DNA of 64,000 nucleotides from assembly GCF_006345805.1 (NCBI RefSeq), contig NC_043002.1, positions 72,912,001 to 72,976,000 on the forward strand. Direction: 5' to 3'. Positions 61,961-64,000 of this stretch are shown one piece after another. The DNA comes from Octopus sinensis. Its lineage: Eukaryota. The notes under the pieces are model-generated. The model worked only from the letters and a program-made list of their open reading frames with translations. It had not been told where the DNA came from and did not search any database. Each line of letters begins with the position of its first letter. Position 1 is the stretch's first letter. The position numbers and the translations under genes were made by a program.

Positions 61961-64000
61961 TATTGTGGCAGATTTCCTATAATCGGATTCCATTCTTGTT
62001 GCCAACCATCACCTGTTTCTGAGTAAGATAATACTTCTCCTTGGTCAGATGTTTCCTCAGAAGATTAGAAATGGAGGACATTAACTTATAATACTGTGAT
62101 ACCTGGTTACAACTATCACACATTGTCAAGACAAGGAGTCACTAACACACTCTCTCCTCCTTTCTCTCTCGCTCTCTTTTTTCTCTTCCTTTACTGCAAA
62201 TTGTCCATGTATCTCCTTTACTGCAAACTGTCCATTTCTGTCCCTCTACTTATATTCTAACCTCTCATCTACCACAAAGCGATCTTCCTCAATGCTACTC
62301 GTCTCTCTCAGTTGAGGGGTTTTGCCTTGTAAGGTATTTAGTGCCACATAAAAAGCACCCAAAATACCATGTATAGTGGCTGGTTTTCGGAAAGGTATCC
62401 AGCCATAAAAAAACATACCAAAGCAGGCAGTAGAGATTGGTGCCAAACCACCCGACCCATACCAGCATGGAAAGCAGACATTAGATGATGATGATGATAT
62501 ATATTAGAGACCATGTGGATAATGCAGCCTTGTCTTAAAATATACCCCTGACAGAATACAGAAGCTTCAGTTTCTATTCGGTCATTAGACAGACATGTCT
62601 GTAACTTATGTTTGACAGAAACCATATCTATCACACACTTTTTGCACTTGTTAAGGTTGCCAATCTTCTCAAGTTTCTTGACTGTCAATATTATATTGTA
62701 AGTTTGCAATATTGCAGTGTCTGTTTCCATCTTGGCAATTTCTGTCTTATTTTATAGATTACTTACTCCAGTTTTATTTTTCAGTTGATGAGTTTACCTT
62801 TTCAATAGCAAAATATTCAATAAATTTATTTTCCCTCCAGCTTTTCATTTGTTATGTAGTGGCATTTATTACATTTTTGTTTCTTTATTTGAAATGTTTA
62901 ATATTTCAAATAAACTACATCTTATTGCAGATGGTTTCCATAGTAAAAAAAAAAAAAAAAAATTGTAAAGGAATAAAATAGAAAATCAAAGTTAATTGAT
63001 TTTAATATATTCAAATTGGAGGACATTGACTTCTTTCCCATTTACTGAAAAGATTTTTAGTTTTCTCCAGAAACATTAGCAATGTAAATGGAAGTTGTCC
63101 CATCTTGAAATTCAAGCTAGACTGCAAATTTAGTTCTCTAAAATCTTTCTAAATTAATGATACAATATTTTGTTTTTGTATTAGGTCTGCAAGATTCTTG
63201 ATGTGAAGTTGTGTTGAACATATTTTATTGTATCTTGGGAGGGTCATTATGCTCATAATAAACACATGCACAGGTTATATTTTTCTTCCTTAATACTACA
63301 AGTTGATTGATTAACCAATTAACCAATCAAGTGTTAGATTAATTGTTCAGTCAGTTAGTCAGTCAGGTTTGTCAGAATCCTCTTGTCGCCATTCATGATC
63401 TCATCAATGACATTTTCTCTCTGCTCCAGGTCTGTTTCTTTGATGCAAAATATTTAAAAATATAGCACTATAGCACTCCATAACTTAGCAATTTGGCAAA
63501 AGAAACTGATGAAGTAAGTACCAAGCTTAAAAACAAATAAGAACTTGGGTCAATTCGATCGACTAAAATCCTTCAAAGTGGTGACCTAACAAGGCCACAG
63601 CCTAATGACTGAAACAAGTAAAAGATAAAAGAAAAGAAGTAAGAAATTGTTACCAATTTTAGGTTAACATCTGTTTTTCTGCAACTTAGAAAGGAGGATG
63701 ATGACTTGTCTAACAATCGTACCAATATTCAGAATTTTATATACAAACACTAACAAACTAATATTATACAATTTTCAAACAATGGTATCCAGGTGTTGTA
63801 ATAAGCTGACAAAATTAAGGTAATTAAGGTAACAAAATATTTCCTGTTGTTAATTTATAAATCATAATTTACACTCTGAGTAATCTATTTTATGTTGCTT
63901 TGCTGCCTAGAGTTCTTGGAAAAGTCTGATGTTTGTAATTGCTTTCTGTTACACTTGTCCTTGTAAGTGCTGGTTGCACTATTTCTCAGCATATCATCTT

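Overview
AT-rich, repeat-saturated animal DNA. The SINE families and (TA)n/(CA)n/(ATG)n microsatellites are typical of an octopus (coleoid cephalopod) genome. The only host coding sequence I can support is a 42-nt, phase 0/0 exon at 21599-21640 (+) encoding CFCFEEQRLNPHEQ, the copper-binding motif of COX11. I found no neighbouring COX11 exon by eye, so the window is probably two very large introns. The rest is transposon-derived: three tRNA-derived SINE groups, RTE-clade LINE 3' ends, decayed piggyBac, Tc3-like and mariner transposases, MITEs, a solo LTR, Penelope-like element (PLE) ends and non-autonomous Helitrons. Two things stand out. (1) About a dozen minimal type I hammerhead ribozyme motifs from several families. 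They include non-canonical cores (a G3-C8 compensatory swap; U at position 6), fold-back carriers, and a head-to-head tRNA-promoter palindrome coupled to a hammerhead. (2) Composite, cargo-carrying Helitrons: one solo 2.2-kb unit and a 6-kb head-to-tail array of three units, which together bracket the COX11 exon. Most ORFs in the supplied track are microsatellite or SINE artefacts. All calls are by eye; repeat boundaries are approximate unless termini are quoted.
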